A stretch of DNA of 64,000 nt, from the NCBI RefSeq assembly GCF_964204645.1, contig NC_134028.1, forward strand, positions 1,488,001 to 1,552,000, written 5' to 3'. The notes under the pieces were generated by a model, which was not told the origin of the DNA, searched no databases, and saw only the letters and a list, made by a program, of their open reading frames with translations. Position numbers and translations under genes: made by a program. The number at the start of each line of letters is the position of its first letter. Position 1 is the stretch's first letter. The DNA comes from Tubulanus polymorphus. Lineage: Eukaryota; Animalia; Nemertea. This document shows, one piece after another, positions 1 to 12,600 of this stretch.

Positions 1-37
1 CAAATACGTACAACATGGACAAAAACTGTTTGATTTC

Positions 38-120
38 AAATTCCCTGACTTTTCCCTGATTTTTAGATTTTTTATAAAATTCCTCAACTATTCCCTGTTT
101 TCAGGTAAATGGCCACCCTG
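38..120. mobile_element. Terminus of a probable non-autonomous DNA transposon (hAT-like MITE) in an intron
   Basis: Ends ...TGGCCACCCTG (CAGGGTGGCCA on the minus strand) with repeated TTCCCTGA subterminal motifs, a pattern typical of CAGGG-terminal elements. The other end is outside the window. Confidence 0.45.
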
Positions 121-151
121 CTTGTAGAATGTAGTGAACAATGAATGTTAC

Positions 152-3100
152 CTTTGATTTATTAGTAAATGCAGCGATTGACCCGGAGTCGACGGAGAAA
201 CTGCGAATACCTCTGTTTTTCTCAGTAGTTCGACTCTTGTCTGATGCGTCTGCGCTCCTCACACGACTGTGACGATCGCTATTTGAACGTTTCATTCCTG
301 TCAAATTCTCTAAATTCGCGATCTTCGAAAATCCGAAACGCGTTTGCACGACGATGTCGTTGTCGCTACTGGCAACGACGGAATTCCCCGCCGAGGAACG
401 CGTCATCGGTAACGAACTGAATCGACCTCGCGAGTCACGACGCGTCGTCGCGTCAACCGCGTCCAGTCCGTCGTCCCATGATTTACGGATATCCGACGGT
501 ACCGAGCTGACCGATTCCCCGCCATCCGTCCGTAAATCAGTAAAACTATTACTCTTACGTAAAGAATCCTGATATCCGCTGTCACTTTTATGTTTTAAAC
601 TGCGTACGTTACGATAAGAAGTCGGTGTTGATGATTTTGCGGTACTTTTCATCGGGGACTGAGATTCGGACTCGCGCGATGATCCCGATTGTTGCGTATA
701 TCCGACACCGGAATCACTGTTCAGTTTACGTCTCGTAGTGATATTACTTTTATCCTGCGTAGAATGATTATTAGTGATCGCAGTTTGTATATGGTTTGTG
801 TGACAGCTGTCTAACCCTGTCTGATGACTGTCTAATCCTGTCTCGCTGATATTCCTAGTTTTAGGCGTAATAACCGATCGTGTAGATAAAGCACCCTAGA
901 AATAAACGCACAATAAATACATAGGAAAATATGCTGTGATATTTCTCTAGCCCTACGTTAGCTCACAACAATGTCTGACATTTATTCTGATGATTTATGA
1001 ATTAGTCTTAGTGTTTGGTTGACTATAAATATATCTCATTGAATGAAGATAATAAACTGTGAACGGACGAGAAGCTACCGGTAACTGTCACCTATTTAAA
1101 ATGGTTTTTCCAAAAAAAAATGTCTTCAAGGAAACAGAGTGAAACCCGGGTCACTGGAATGAGTGTTGTTTCAGTCGCATTTGGAACACGTTTGTAGGTA
1201 AAATCGCTTGTAGGTAAAACCTGGATACTTACGGTAGATTCCGATCTCTGAACCGGTGTAGCCGGAAGAGTCCGTTTACGCTTTGTAGCGTTACTGCGAG
1301 GATACATGATCAGTACGTCGTACCACCTAAAAACATCAATTTAAAAAAAAATTTCAGATTCTACTCGTTGATGAAACACTCTGAATTATAAAAATCCCCG
1401 ACTAAGAATGAAAAATAATGTCTGAAAAGTTTATTTGAGCAAGGATTGTATTCCTGAACATGACATAGTAGGATATAGTTAAATACACTACATTAGCAAC
1501 ACTACAATACACTAGCTCAAGGAAACATTTCAAACTTTCCATTTTTACTGTGCAATTTCTATATGATATTATATACATTTTGGACTATGTAACTGTAGGG
1601 GACTGTAGGTCTGGGTCCTTATGTCACTGTAGCATAGATTACGGTATATAATACCAGCATGTCTCAGATTGTCTAGAGTCAGGTTGGATAATTAGACGTA
1701 TTCTATTAATGACACGCTGAGTTTCGCGTATGCAATCATTAATTCATATTACGGGTCACAATCTATTTACTCATTAATACAAGATAAGTCGTATTTGATA
1801 TGAAAGTGAATTTGACAACAGAATGGATCGAGTTCTAATCTTATAACTCTTAGTAAATATATTAAATTAGTGCTAGTGAACTGATACACACTGGTATTCT
1901 TATACAGACTATCGGTACGTCAGAGTGACTGATTAGTGAAAGTGGGTTTCGATTCTTAGAAGCTTACTGGTAATTTGTAATTACCTCAGGGATTTACGCA
2001 TTAAACTGATGAGTAGAATGTGAAATAAATCATTGAACCGCGGAGATAAATGTACTATACTTAATACAACTACTGTCAACGACTCATGGTTCGAAAACCG
2101 ATATCCATTAACCGGAAAATCTGTATGAAACTACGCTCTGGGGTTCATTGTTCCACTCGACCCCGGGACAGTTAATACACAGTCATCAAGTCCAAAAGTG
2201 GTCTAAATTCTTTTAAACTAGTCTCAAGTTGTTAAATTGACTATAGTTCTAAGTTGTAAGGTCTAAGACTGGACTTAAATCTAAGCTATAGCTGTGGAGC
2301 CTATCCCTGCAGTTTTAATCTATTATTCCAGTGGTTTATTTTTACCTGTTTATTTCCTCTTTACAACTTGCTTTGATGTAATCAGTTTTTTGAGGTAAAA
2401 CGATCGCTATTGAGAATTGATGTCCACTGATCTCTTCGGCGTCAAATACATCATCACAAACATTCATATCCAGTACACCTTGAGGTACAGTACCGACCTA
2501 CACGAGAAAACAATATATATCATACCTCGCGGCACGGTCACCGTGTCGGGGGCTCAGTCTCTTTACTTCCTAGTTTTATAAACTCCACTTAATTCAAAAC
2601 TGATTTACTCATATATTTACCTAATTAGCTGACCTATTTAGTCTTTACATCCCAAAAGTTTATAAAACCAAAATTCATAGGAATTTCCATCTTCCTTTTT
2701 TTAGTAAGTACATTCCAATTTTAGCTAAATATTTGATCATAGTTGATGATTTAACAATTTATTCTGAGCAGTTTTGAAGATTTGACTAAACTTCATCATC
2801 ATAGAAACAAATGATGAAGTTTACTAAAATCTTCGAAACTGTCAGAATAAACAGTTAAATCATCAATTGTGGTTTCTGCTCATTAACTCTTGAAATATTG
2901 AGATTAATATCAGTCTTTACGAGTCAAAAAACATCATCTATTTCATTCAAGTTATTTGTAACGCAGACCCGCTACGTGATATTTATACATTTAGTGATAT
3001 TTGTTGATGGTAAGCTCAGAATTTATCACATCGAAAGGGTTTTAACTACCATATGAGACCTTTCAGAATCACATTTATTTAAATCCGTTCGACAAAATTG

Positions 3101-6100
3101 TGACTATGAATTTTTTTCGAGGCACCTCGTCTGGGTAAAATCTACAATATGTCACAGAACGATGGAAACAGGTGCAACATCTACTTTTACCAACACCAAT
3201 CAATACATAATAGTATATATATATAGATAATATATATATACATGAGTGTATGTCACAGATAAAGGTTTTCAATAACAGAATGAGCTACAGTTTATATCTC
3301 GATATATATGATTTAATGCTATTACCAGTGAGAGGGGAGAGGGAGTGAGAGGGAGAGAGAGGGGAGTGAGACTGTTGGGATAGGGAATAATAATCACTGT
3401 AGCAAATTCAGTCCACTTAGAAACATAAGCAGCGATTACACGAGTGTTTTTGGGAATCATATCATACCTATAAACCTATAGACTTTGTAAACACTTTTAC
3501 AATTTAAATCTACATAAACATATCTTGCACTCATTGACATGCGCCGTGGTGTACACAGTACGGCTGGGTGGGCAGGTGGACGACGGGCTGGGTGGGCAGG
3601 TGGACGACAGGCTGGGTGGGCAGGTGGACGACGGGCCGCGTGGGTTTCAAACTGTTAATTACACAATGATTCAAGCGTTACTTAAAATATAGTTTTACAA
3701 CAACTAAACAGTTCTGAGAAAACTTGTAAATTCTAGCATTAAGCATCGAAGGTTCAGCTGAATCATTGTCTATCCCATTCATTCCTGATGAAGAAGGAGG
3801 CAGTTTTTATCCCGGCCTCCCTCACGGCTATACAGATATCTGAAGAATCCTCGACTATCTCAAAATGTTTATAAATAACCTTCAAACAGATAAAGCTGTC
3901 TTTATTACGAGTGAGAGTGTGTACATGTATTCTGATCTTTACAATGAACGCGCAGGGTTTTTTTTAAATCATATAATGATAGATTCACGACAAAGCGCGA
4001 TGAATCAGAGACAGAAATCATTGAACAATGAAACGATAAGAACATCAGCAGCAGCAGACGCTATCACCTCACAATACAATCACACAATCACGTCACTGCA
4101 GTTTCTTCATGTGCGAAAGAGATTTTCTTTTACTTTAACCCTCTAAATACCAGCGATATCCAAAACCTTATCATTGACGCTGGTGGGGTGGGGAGGAGGG
4201 GGGTCAAATACTTACATTTTCATCGACGGAATAACTTAATTCACCATCATCGTACAACACAAAGAAACGTCTCTGCCATCTCTGAAAATAACAAGGCATT
4301 ATTTATCTCTGAAATTAAGGAATTACATTTATTCAACCGTCCTTACATAACAGGAAAAACACCAAACATATACGCAAAGAAATTCTGACTTGTTTTCTGA
4401 TGTGACTCTTAAAAAATGACGTTCTAGGTCTAAATGTTCTTCTTCAGGGTAAACTAAGTTTAGAGGAATTCAATCTTGAAGTAATTTCAACAAAATCTTA
4501 TATTTATATTTATATAAAAGTTGAAAAATTTATATAATTCAATTCATCTAATCTATTCAAAGTCCGGTGTAAATAACATAAGCTGATTAATAATAAATTT
4601 CTCGTAAAGATCTGTGTGAACTTTATTCGAAATAATCTAATTCATAAAACAAGTCAACGCTATATTGTAATTACACGCGTTACTCAGTGAAGCGAGTTTA
4701 AATTCGTCAATCAGGACAACAGCGTTTTAAATCTCTACCTCAGACAACGCTCAGAATAAATCATCCTATAAAGTCTAACTCACCTTAATTAAAAGATTAA
4801 ATCATATTATGAGATATTCAAAATATAGACAGACCTCAGTCACTGAACTAAAGCCTTAATTTCATAATACTTCTCCAGCACTTCATATACATAAAATATG
4901 AGAAGGATTTTACAGCGAGTTTCTGTGAAAATATATTTGTACAACGCGTTCAAGCAAGCATGGAATTTTCAATAGAAACGATAATAGACTGTGAATAAAC
5001 GTAATATCTGTGAAATTGTTCAAGTCTCATAACAATAATGTGTTAAGTTCATGTAGACTTGCTGATATATAATAAATAATAGATCAATAGCTATTTACAG
5101 TTAGACAGATACTAGACATGAACAGAGTGACAGTGACATAAAAAAAACCAATAAAAATTTCATTTCTAAAACTTTTTAAGCAGAATTATCCTATGAAGAT
5201 ACAAATATCTATAAATAGATGAAATGAATTCATAATTTTGGATGAGGGCAGTAGACAGGCTATAGGGATGAACCCAAATTATGTCCCGGCAACAAAATCT
5301 GATATTTCAATGTCAGGACTTGCTACCAGATACCTATATAATAATTAGCAATGGTTAAGTACATTCGACCTATTTAAAAAGGGTCTTGTTTGAGAGAATC
5401 ATTGTCAGTAGCTGTGGCCCGGAAAATTACATTACTGGCAAATTGACAGAAAAACTAAACAATGTCGACAGATAAAACAACAATTTAGGCCTAACATCTG
5501 AATAACATGACAGCCAGAACAAGATTACAATCATCCCTGATTTCACTAAATCTTTCTGTCATAATTGTATAAATCATTGAAAATACTAAATTGCAATCAT
5601 TCATTTATATCGTTGTAGTCTAGACCCGAGTGGTTTTCAGCGACAAATAAAAACTAGACAACGTGCTGGGAGTGTTGAGTAGATTGAAAAATTCAATTCG
5701 AGCTTTTGAAATAAGTTTATAACGTGTTTGCGGTTTTCATACAGGATTGCTGTTGAATTTATACGAACAACGCAAAAAAATCTGAATGGAATTTTATAGG
5801 AAAGGAACGAACGAGGCGCTGACTAAGATAAAGAGTTTCATTCATATATTAAAACTGTAGTAAAATAGCGAAATTCCGTTTTTAAAACGTGACACACATT
5901 AGTCTACAGTACTGTAAGGGTCATGTCATGTCACTGCTAGTATTTCTATGAAACTCCATGAGGTGACACAAAGCCTAGAATACAATAACCACGTACCACC
6001 ACATTCTCAAACAGTCACAACTTACACTATTACCGACATAGAATGATAATTAATTTTTTCTGAGAATATAATCAGGGAAACTCAGAAAACACAGAAAATT

Positions 6101-8101
6101 ACAACCACTAATGGTAATCTAGACAGCCACAATATATAATGGCTGATCTGGTAAACCAATAATTTAGTTTTTTTTCTCAGAATAGAAACTTCCAAAAAAT
6201 GAAACTATTAGAGCAATTTGAAGTGTTTGTCTTTCCCGGAACGAATCTGTAATAGCTACGCGTCGAAGTTGTGAGAAAGCCTTAATTTCTTATCACATAA
6301 ACCTGTTCAATCTTCACACCAAAAACACGCCAAATAGAAACACGCAATTCATTCACAATTTATTCGTGCAAATCAAAATCATCGCAGCTGACGACAATAT
6401 AAATCAAAAGTCGAACATTGAAAACGATGTCAAAGAAATAATAAAATCACCAGATCATTAATTTGAGGAGGGCAAATATAATTTTAAACGGGTCATCGCT
6501 TAATTCAAAACTCGATGGGAAAATAAAAAAGAATATATATAGGTCATAAACATAAAAGGACAATCGTAATGTGAAGTTTTACGGGGTAGGTTAATTATTT
6601 TACTGGAAAATAGCCCGTAATTCCAGTTTTCATATAGTTGATATATTCAGGTATTTTATATGTCGACGCGTGATTCTGTCGACACATACTTGAAATTTGA
6701 CATTTCTTCACATAATTACAAGACTTTTAACAAATACAAGTTACATGAGAACAAATACTGAATAGACAGCACCACGTCAGAGAGGGAGGGAGGGGGAAAG
6801 GGGGAGGGGAGGGGGAAAGGGGGAGGGGATGGGGAAAGGGGAGGGGGAGGGAGAGGGGATGGGGAAAGGGGAGGGGGAGGGAGAGGGGAGGGGGATGGGG
6901 AGATGGAGAGGGAGAGGGAGAGGGGGAGGGGGAGGGGGAGGGGGAGGGGGAGGGGGAGGGGGAGGGGGAGGGGAGGGGGAGGGGAGGGGAGGGGGAGGGG
7001 AGGGGGAGGGGGAGGGGAGGGGGAGGGGGAGGGGGAGAGAGAGAGAGTTTAAAAATTCCACTCATATTCGAGTCCCTCAGCTTTAAATGATTGTATTCTA
7101 ATCACAGAAGGAACTAATTTGTGTTCGGTTCGTGTCGGAATTCTTGAATTCATTAATATGATAAAATGAGTGTTCCGTATATAAGCTTCATCTAAACAGT
7201 GAATATATTTGAATGAGTAATTTTGCACCAGGGACCTAGAATTAAATTTGTCGTTATCGTAGCTTTAGTAACGTTCCCAGGGACCGGGGATTAAACTTAA
7301 CCCTACTCGGCCTATGAAACAGGTTCAGCGTTCAAATCCCTTGATACTTATCGATAAGATATCAAACGTAGACAGAAATCTATACGTCATCTAGACAAGG
7401 CTATACTCAATTTACTTAATCAATTCCTAATCTTGTTTTAAGTACATTTCGTAATAATTTATACAGAAAATAAAGTCAGCCTCAATAGAATATAATACGA
7501 AGATTGCTGAACTCAGTTACAAGTCATATTGAATAACTATTTACCTACGATATTGGTTTTGTGTATTCAGATAATACGTTAAGTGACTGATTTTTAAATT
7601 CTTCTTGCTGAAGAGATAAAGTTTTGTTATTCTAACAACTAACTGTAAAACTCACCCGTGCACTGATATCTGGAGCTATGAACAAATATCCACATTTTGT
7701 CACTTTTCGTGCAGCCTGCAAAATTAAGCCAAATCATAATTTCAGCAATCTAATTGATTAAATTAATCACAGCATCATAGTTTTAGTCAAAAATTCATTT
7801 TAAGTCTTTACGAATCTAAGCTACAGTTAATGCTGGGTTAAAGAACACGTAAGCTTTTCAAACCTTCAACTTTCCACATCTACAACTTTCTTATAGCAGT
7901 TTGTAAAGATTAGTTTTGCTTTGATTTAAATTTAAGAATTATGGACATTCTTAATGAAGTTGAATATTTGATTGAAATAGTTACCTTGGCACATTCCAGT
8001 GCAGCGGCGCTATGTTCATGTTTTGATCGGAAACAAACCCCGCACTTATTCTTGTTGAAAATATTGGCGTCGAATTTCTTACAATTTGCGACGAAAGCCA
8101 T
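152..8101 (-). CDS. MPRIP: Outspread / myosin phosphatase Rho-interacting protein (MPRIP/TRIOBP family), 5' part, spliced; continues beyond the left edge
   Basis: Exons 8101-7985 ([30 protein letters not shown], matching the MPRIP/outspread N-terminal C-x-x-F-x-ANIFNK-x-KC motif), 7715-7656 ([16 protein letters not shown]), 4281-4216 ([22 protein letters not shown]), 2497-2346 ([10 protein letters not shown]...KEEINR), 1326-1233 (WYDVL, end of PH domain) and 895-152 (Ser/Arg-rich). All have GT-AG boundaries with compatible phases. Confidence 0.9.
2735..2874. mobile_element. Imperfect ~60 bp inverted repeat, probable Penelope-like pLTR remnant with degenerate hammerhead cores
   Basis: Arm 2743-2799 is the near reverse complement of 2811-2866. 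The right arm reads TGATGAAG...CTTCGAAACTGTCAGAATAAA, resembling PLE hammerhead motifs but with A instead of C at the start of the CUGANGA core. Confidence 0.55.
3562..3633. repeat. 24-bp G-rich minisatellite, 3 copies
   Basis: GGCTGGGTGGGCAGGTGGACGAC(G/A) repeated three times in tandem. Confidence 0.9.
6780..7047. repeat. Polypurine (GGGGAG)n-type low-complexity tract
   Basis: About 270 bp almost entirely G and A, inside MPRIP intron 2; it generates spurious poly-Pro and poly-Gly ORFs. Confidence 0.95.
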
Positions 8102-8399
8102 GTTTCGATATTAATAGCGGCTTTCAGGAAAACGGACTCCGATAATGCAGTTAAAACGCGCAGTGGAAACCGGTATTCATGACGAGGAATATCAGAATTG
8201 TCAAATCATCCTTCGTGAAGACGAAAACCCGGAAATGAAATAAAATTCAACTTTTAAACGTTGATTTCTCGTGTTTCGATGTCTAATTATCGCGTACACT
8301 TTCATTTCTAGACGAAATATTAGTGAAACTGAACGTCGCAGTTCATTCTGTGTAGATATATCCTCTTAGTCAGTCGAAAAGTAACTTTAAACGCGGAAC

Positions 8400-8660
8400 G
8401 CCGCACGAAAACAACGAAACACGGCCGTCGGTTTTGTTTACATTAAGTAGGTCAATTTAGCTCGTATAGATGGCGGCACCTGACGGTCATAGATAGATAA
8501 ATAGTTTTTTTCGCGGGGCTTCGTCAATCGCCATTCGCTAATCGCTAATCGGTTTTCGTCATTCGCTAATCGTCACTTATGCTTCGCACATGCGCATATA
8601 CACCGATACACCGGTAGATTGGTTACCGGTCTCTCTTCCAGGCAACCAGTCTATCCGGCG
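8400..8660. promoter_or_regulatory. Probable promoter region of the MPRIP-like gene
   Basis: CpG-rich stretch 300-550 bp upstream of ATG 8101, with TAGATGGCGGCA (YY1/CTCF-like, ~8467-8478), GCACATGCGCA (NRF1-like, ~8586-8596) and short (TCGCTAA) repeats. Motif calls were made by eye. Confidence 0.4.
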
Positions 8661-9634
8661 CCAAGCGGCAATTCGCAAAAGAAAAAAACTAAAGCAATAT
8701 TTCAGAAAAGAGCGATTTTACCAATGAAATGAATTGTCCCTGAGGAAAGACTGGTCAATTCTGCGCCCGAGGTGTATTTGAGTGCAAAGTAACCACGAAA
8801 ATTATTTTCGTCGCCCACGCCACCGGTCTTTCTCAGTCCCGTACCCTGCAATACACAGCTGACCCTTTAAGTACAAGTTGTCCTCAGCTGCTAACGGATC
8901 GGCAAGGTCCAAGAGAATTAGGCAAGGTTCATATATTCATACTTACACTGCAGTGAGTGCCTGATATTGCCGGGGTGGCTGCATGATTCAGTACGCCATC
9001 AAAACACCGCCACCGTCTGCATCATTTCCGGCAGGAACTGATTACAAATCTTATTGCAGCTTACAAGCATAACAAGGCATCATTACTCAGTAGGCCTACC
9101 ACCATAGTATCTTCGAAATCACAGTGTAATTTCCACATCTTGAAACTAATCCTCTCTCCGAACCCAAAGCAATTACAAAAACTAACGACATGTAAAATAA
9201 TGATGAAACGTTTATCTAAAAACAGGATTACACACCGTCCTTTATCACATCATATCTTATCACAGAAAACATATACATTTGTTTGTACAAGACAAGTACT
9301 CCGATTTTCGTAAATTCATGTTTGTCTGTGCAGTTCTACTATTTTCGAGCAAATTATGAATTACATGAAGATGCGTGCATGACTAAATCATTGAGAACAC
9401 AAACGGAATGAATATGAACAAAGCATTTTAAAAATAGAAGTATAAAAGCTACTGACTAAAAGTGACGGAATATAAATTCAAAGAATTTCATACGCGCAGA
9501 AATTGATATTCTGACACGTTCGCTCAAGAAGCAATTGTTACATAGAAGAAAAATATATGTATGAAGGCTATAAATGAATTTCGTTGTATCGAAATCAATC
9601 GAAACAATATTTTCAGTTTCGGACGGCGATGTAT

Positions 9635-12600
9635 TTAATCTCCCTCCGCCACTTGTGGAAGTCGAGCGAGTAGATTTTTCGAGTAAAGACCGAACTGAGA
9701 ATCGTCACTCGGTTCTTCATCGTGACGAGTCAACGAAGTTCGTCTCGAATGGCTGCTACCTTCGAACAATGTCAGTTGACTGACGCTCGCGATGCTATCT
9801 CTTTCTCGTGAAGGGAAATTATGTATAACAGTTCCAGTATTTTCATGTATTTCGTCCTCTGGTTTCACTTTTTTCGCCGATTTCTTTTTACATTTCACGA
9901 CCAAAATAACGATAGCGACAATAAGCAAAACACCTCCACATCCGGCGCAAACAGCTATTATAACAGTCTGTGTAGAATCTACATCTACAAATGATGGTAA
10001 ATAGATTTTATTCATTTTATTGATTCAAATGAGAATTCCGTTTCAAAATATCAAGATAATTGAGTGGAACCGTAGTTTGAAATGGAAAGGTAAATGAGTG
10101 GAAAAGAGAGAAGATACACGTAGAATTAGGGAGGGAGATGTTAGACAGATAACACATACCTTGGCCATTTTCGCAATGAGGCCCTTGGAATCCAGACAAA
10201 CAACTGCAACAGAACGTATGATATTAAATAATTCAGTAACTTGATTAGATTTTATTAAAAATCCTTCGATGTTTGCTATGAATATTTACCGGCATGTGTA
10301 TCCGCCTGCATTATCTAATATACATTCACCTCCATTCAAGCACTTCCAATTAGCACACGGGTCTTAAAAATAAAGTACAACACGTTATTTGAATTGCGAA
10401 GAGAAAGTAAAATTCGGGTATTCGCATTATTTTAAGGATTATGACAATGGGAGTTATTTTGTTCGTTACCGTTTTTACATTCTGTAGTGTTCGGATTCGG
10501 ACTCGTAAAACCGGTCTCACAGGTACATTGATAACTACCGGGTGTATTCTTACATACGCTACGTGGTAATTTACACCAGTTCAGGCATTCGTCAATATCT
10601 GAAATAAATATGATAATAATTTGACGTTGAAATAAATGCTTGACTCTTGCCAGGAGACGAAGTTAGACGGAATTTAACCAATCTATGTTGCCGGATCATA
10701 TGAATCAAAATCTTCATTAATTTTTATCGTAATGACAAAAGATACCTTGACATTGTGGAATTGTAGTGTTGTCAACTGTTTTATTGGTAACTGTGTCATA
10801 CCCGGGGAGACAGACGCATTCATAAGCCCCGTTAGTGTTTTTACACATTGTATCTGCTGAACAGTGGAACGTACTCGGCGAGCCACATTCATTGAAATCT
10901 GTTTAAAATGAATCATTTTTGGGTTTTACATTATCCAGATATCGATAACAAAAGAATGATAAAACAATAATATTCGGCTAAAACTAGCCAACTATAATTT
11001 GTAAGCAATTGAAAGAAATTACTCGAGATGAACATACCAGTGACAGGAACATTGCAAGCGACTACTCCTATATTAGGCAAATAGCAGGACGTCGATAATT
11101 TCTGAGTGGCGCCAAGTAGTGTGTAAGATGTACCGATCAGGGTAGGTAGGTTGCCGGTCGTAATTCCCGAGGTATCGAAAAACAGCGTCAACATCACTTT
11201 GATACTTCCTTGTCTGAATTGTTATATGAAATTGAACAGAAATAACGTCTTAAATCAGCTGATTCGTAATGAATAACACTTCCAAAAGATTGCGAGCAAT
11301 TATGAATATGATACAGTGAATCGGAACATTGAGATCCTAGAAGAACGCACTCATTCAGTGCTAGAAGAGGACACATTTAACATCTACTAAATAAGGACTA
11401 CTTTCGAGGACGATGAATAAAAAACGTACGTGATTGAAGTAATGGACGCTGTCTGGTATGTTTCAGGGTATCTCTCCTTATAAATACTATCAATCTGAAA
11501 ACCAATTGTATTGAGATGAAATGAAATGTGATATTTCGATACGAGGGACGTTGATTACTCATAAGACTTTGGAAAAAAGAGCCGAATGTATATCTTACTC
11601 CACTGACGATTTTCTCCTCTAGCTGAACTCTCTCAATCGAGTTCACATCGCTCAATCTGTTATCCCAAGTAGCAATGAGTAAAATACTTGCTTCGAAACG
11701 AAGATTTGCTGAAAGTTGCGGTAGATTCAAATTAGAATTTTTCGGTTTGGCATTCAGCAGTGATTTGGAATTAAAATTCGTTCATATCCTAATCGATGAA
11801 CTTACATTTTATTTCAGTGCACGCGATTCCTTGTACCTGATAACCTGCTGGACATTTACAAGTGAAATTACCAGGTTTGTTTATACATGTAGCTTTGGCT
11901 GGACAAATCGTACCCGTTTGGCATTCGTCAACATCTAGAAATTTGAAAATGTGAAAATAAAATTAGATGACGATATAAATGAAGATGATCCTTTAACGTC
12001 CCGGCACATACCTTCGCATGATTTTCCATCACCTTGATATCCGGGTTTACATTGACAGGCATACGAGCCATCAGTATCAGTACAGACACTGAGATCGCCA
12101 GCAGCGCAAGGGTAAGGTGTCAACGAGCATTCGTCGATATCTGTAATAAATACATACATTCATCAAGAGTTGCTGAATGATCAGAATTCATTCATTTTCT
12201 TCACTTTTATCTACAAATACTCACTGGAGCAGGACCGTTTGTCAGCTTCCATTTTGAATCCTGTTCTGCAGCTGCATGTATATCCACCATCAGAGTTGTG
12301 GCAAATTTGTGAACATTTGTGGGTAGTGTCATTACATTCATTAATGTCTGAAACGTACGTGATAAGGCAAATAACTGAACAAGCAGCATATTAGGGTCAT
12401 AGATATGTAATCATGTAAAATTCAAAAGAAGACATAGATTGGGTGGTGTCAACTTTATTGATACTCACCGACGCATACAGAGCCATTCATAAGCATGTAA
12501 CCGCTACGACAGGTGCACGTATCCGCACCTCCTTGTTTGTAACAGTCCTGATTGCATTTAGAAGTATTCGTGCACTTCGATCCATCTTTGACTAGGAATT

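Noticed and set aside
6727-7086. Poly-Pro and poly-Gly ORFs (formin- or extensin-like)
   Set aside because: Translations of a simple G/A repeat inside an intron.
8520-8580. (TCGCTAA)n repeat as a telomerase RNA template
   Set aside because: Not complementary to TTAGGG or TTAGG telomeres and no convincing pseudoknot was seen.
8939-8960. ATACTTAC as the 5' end of U1 snRNA
   Set aside because: The downstream sequence does not match U1 stem-loops or an Sm site; it is just the complement of a donor-like motif.
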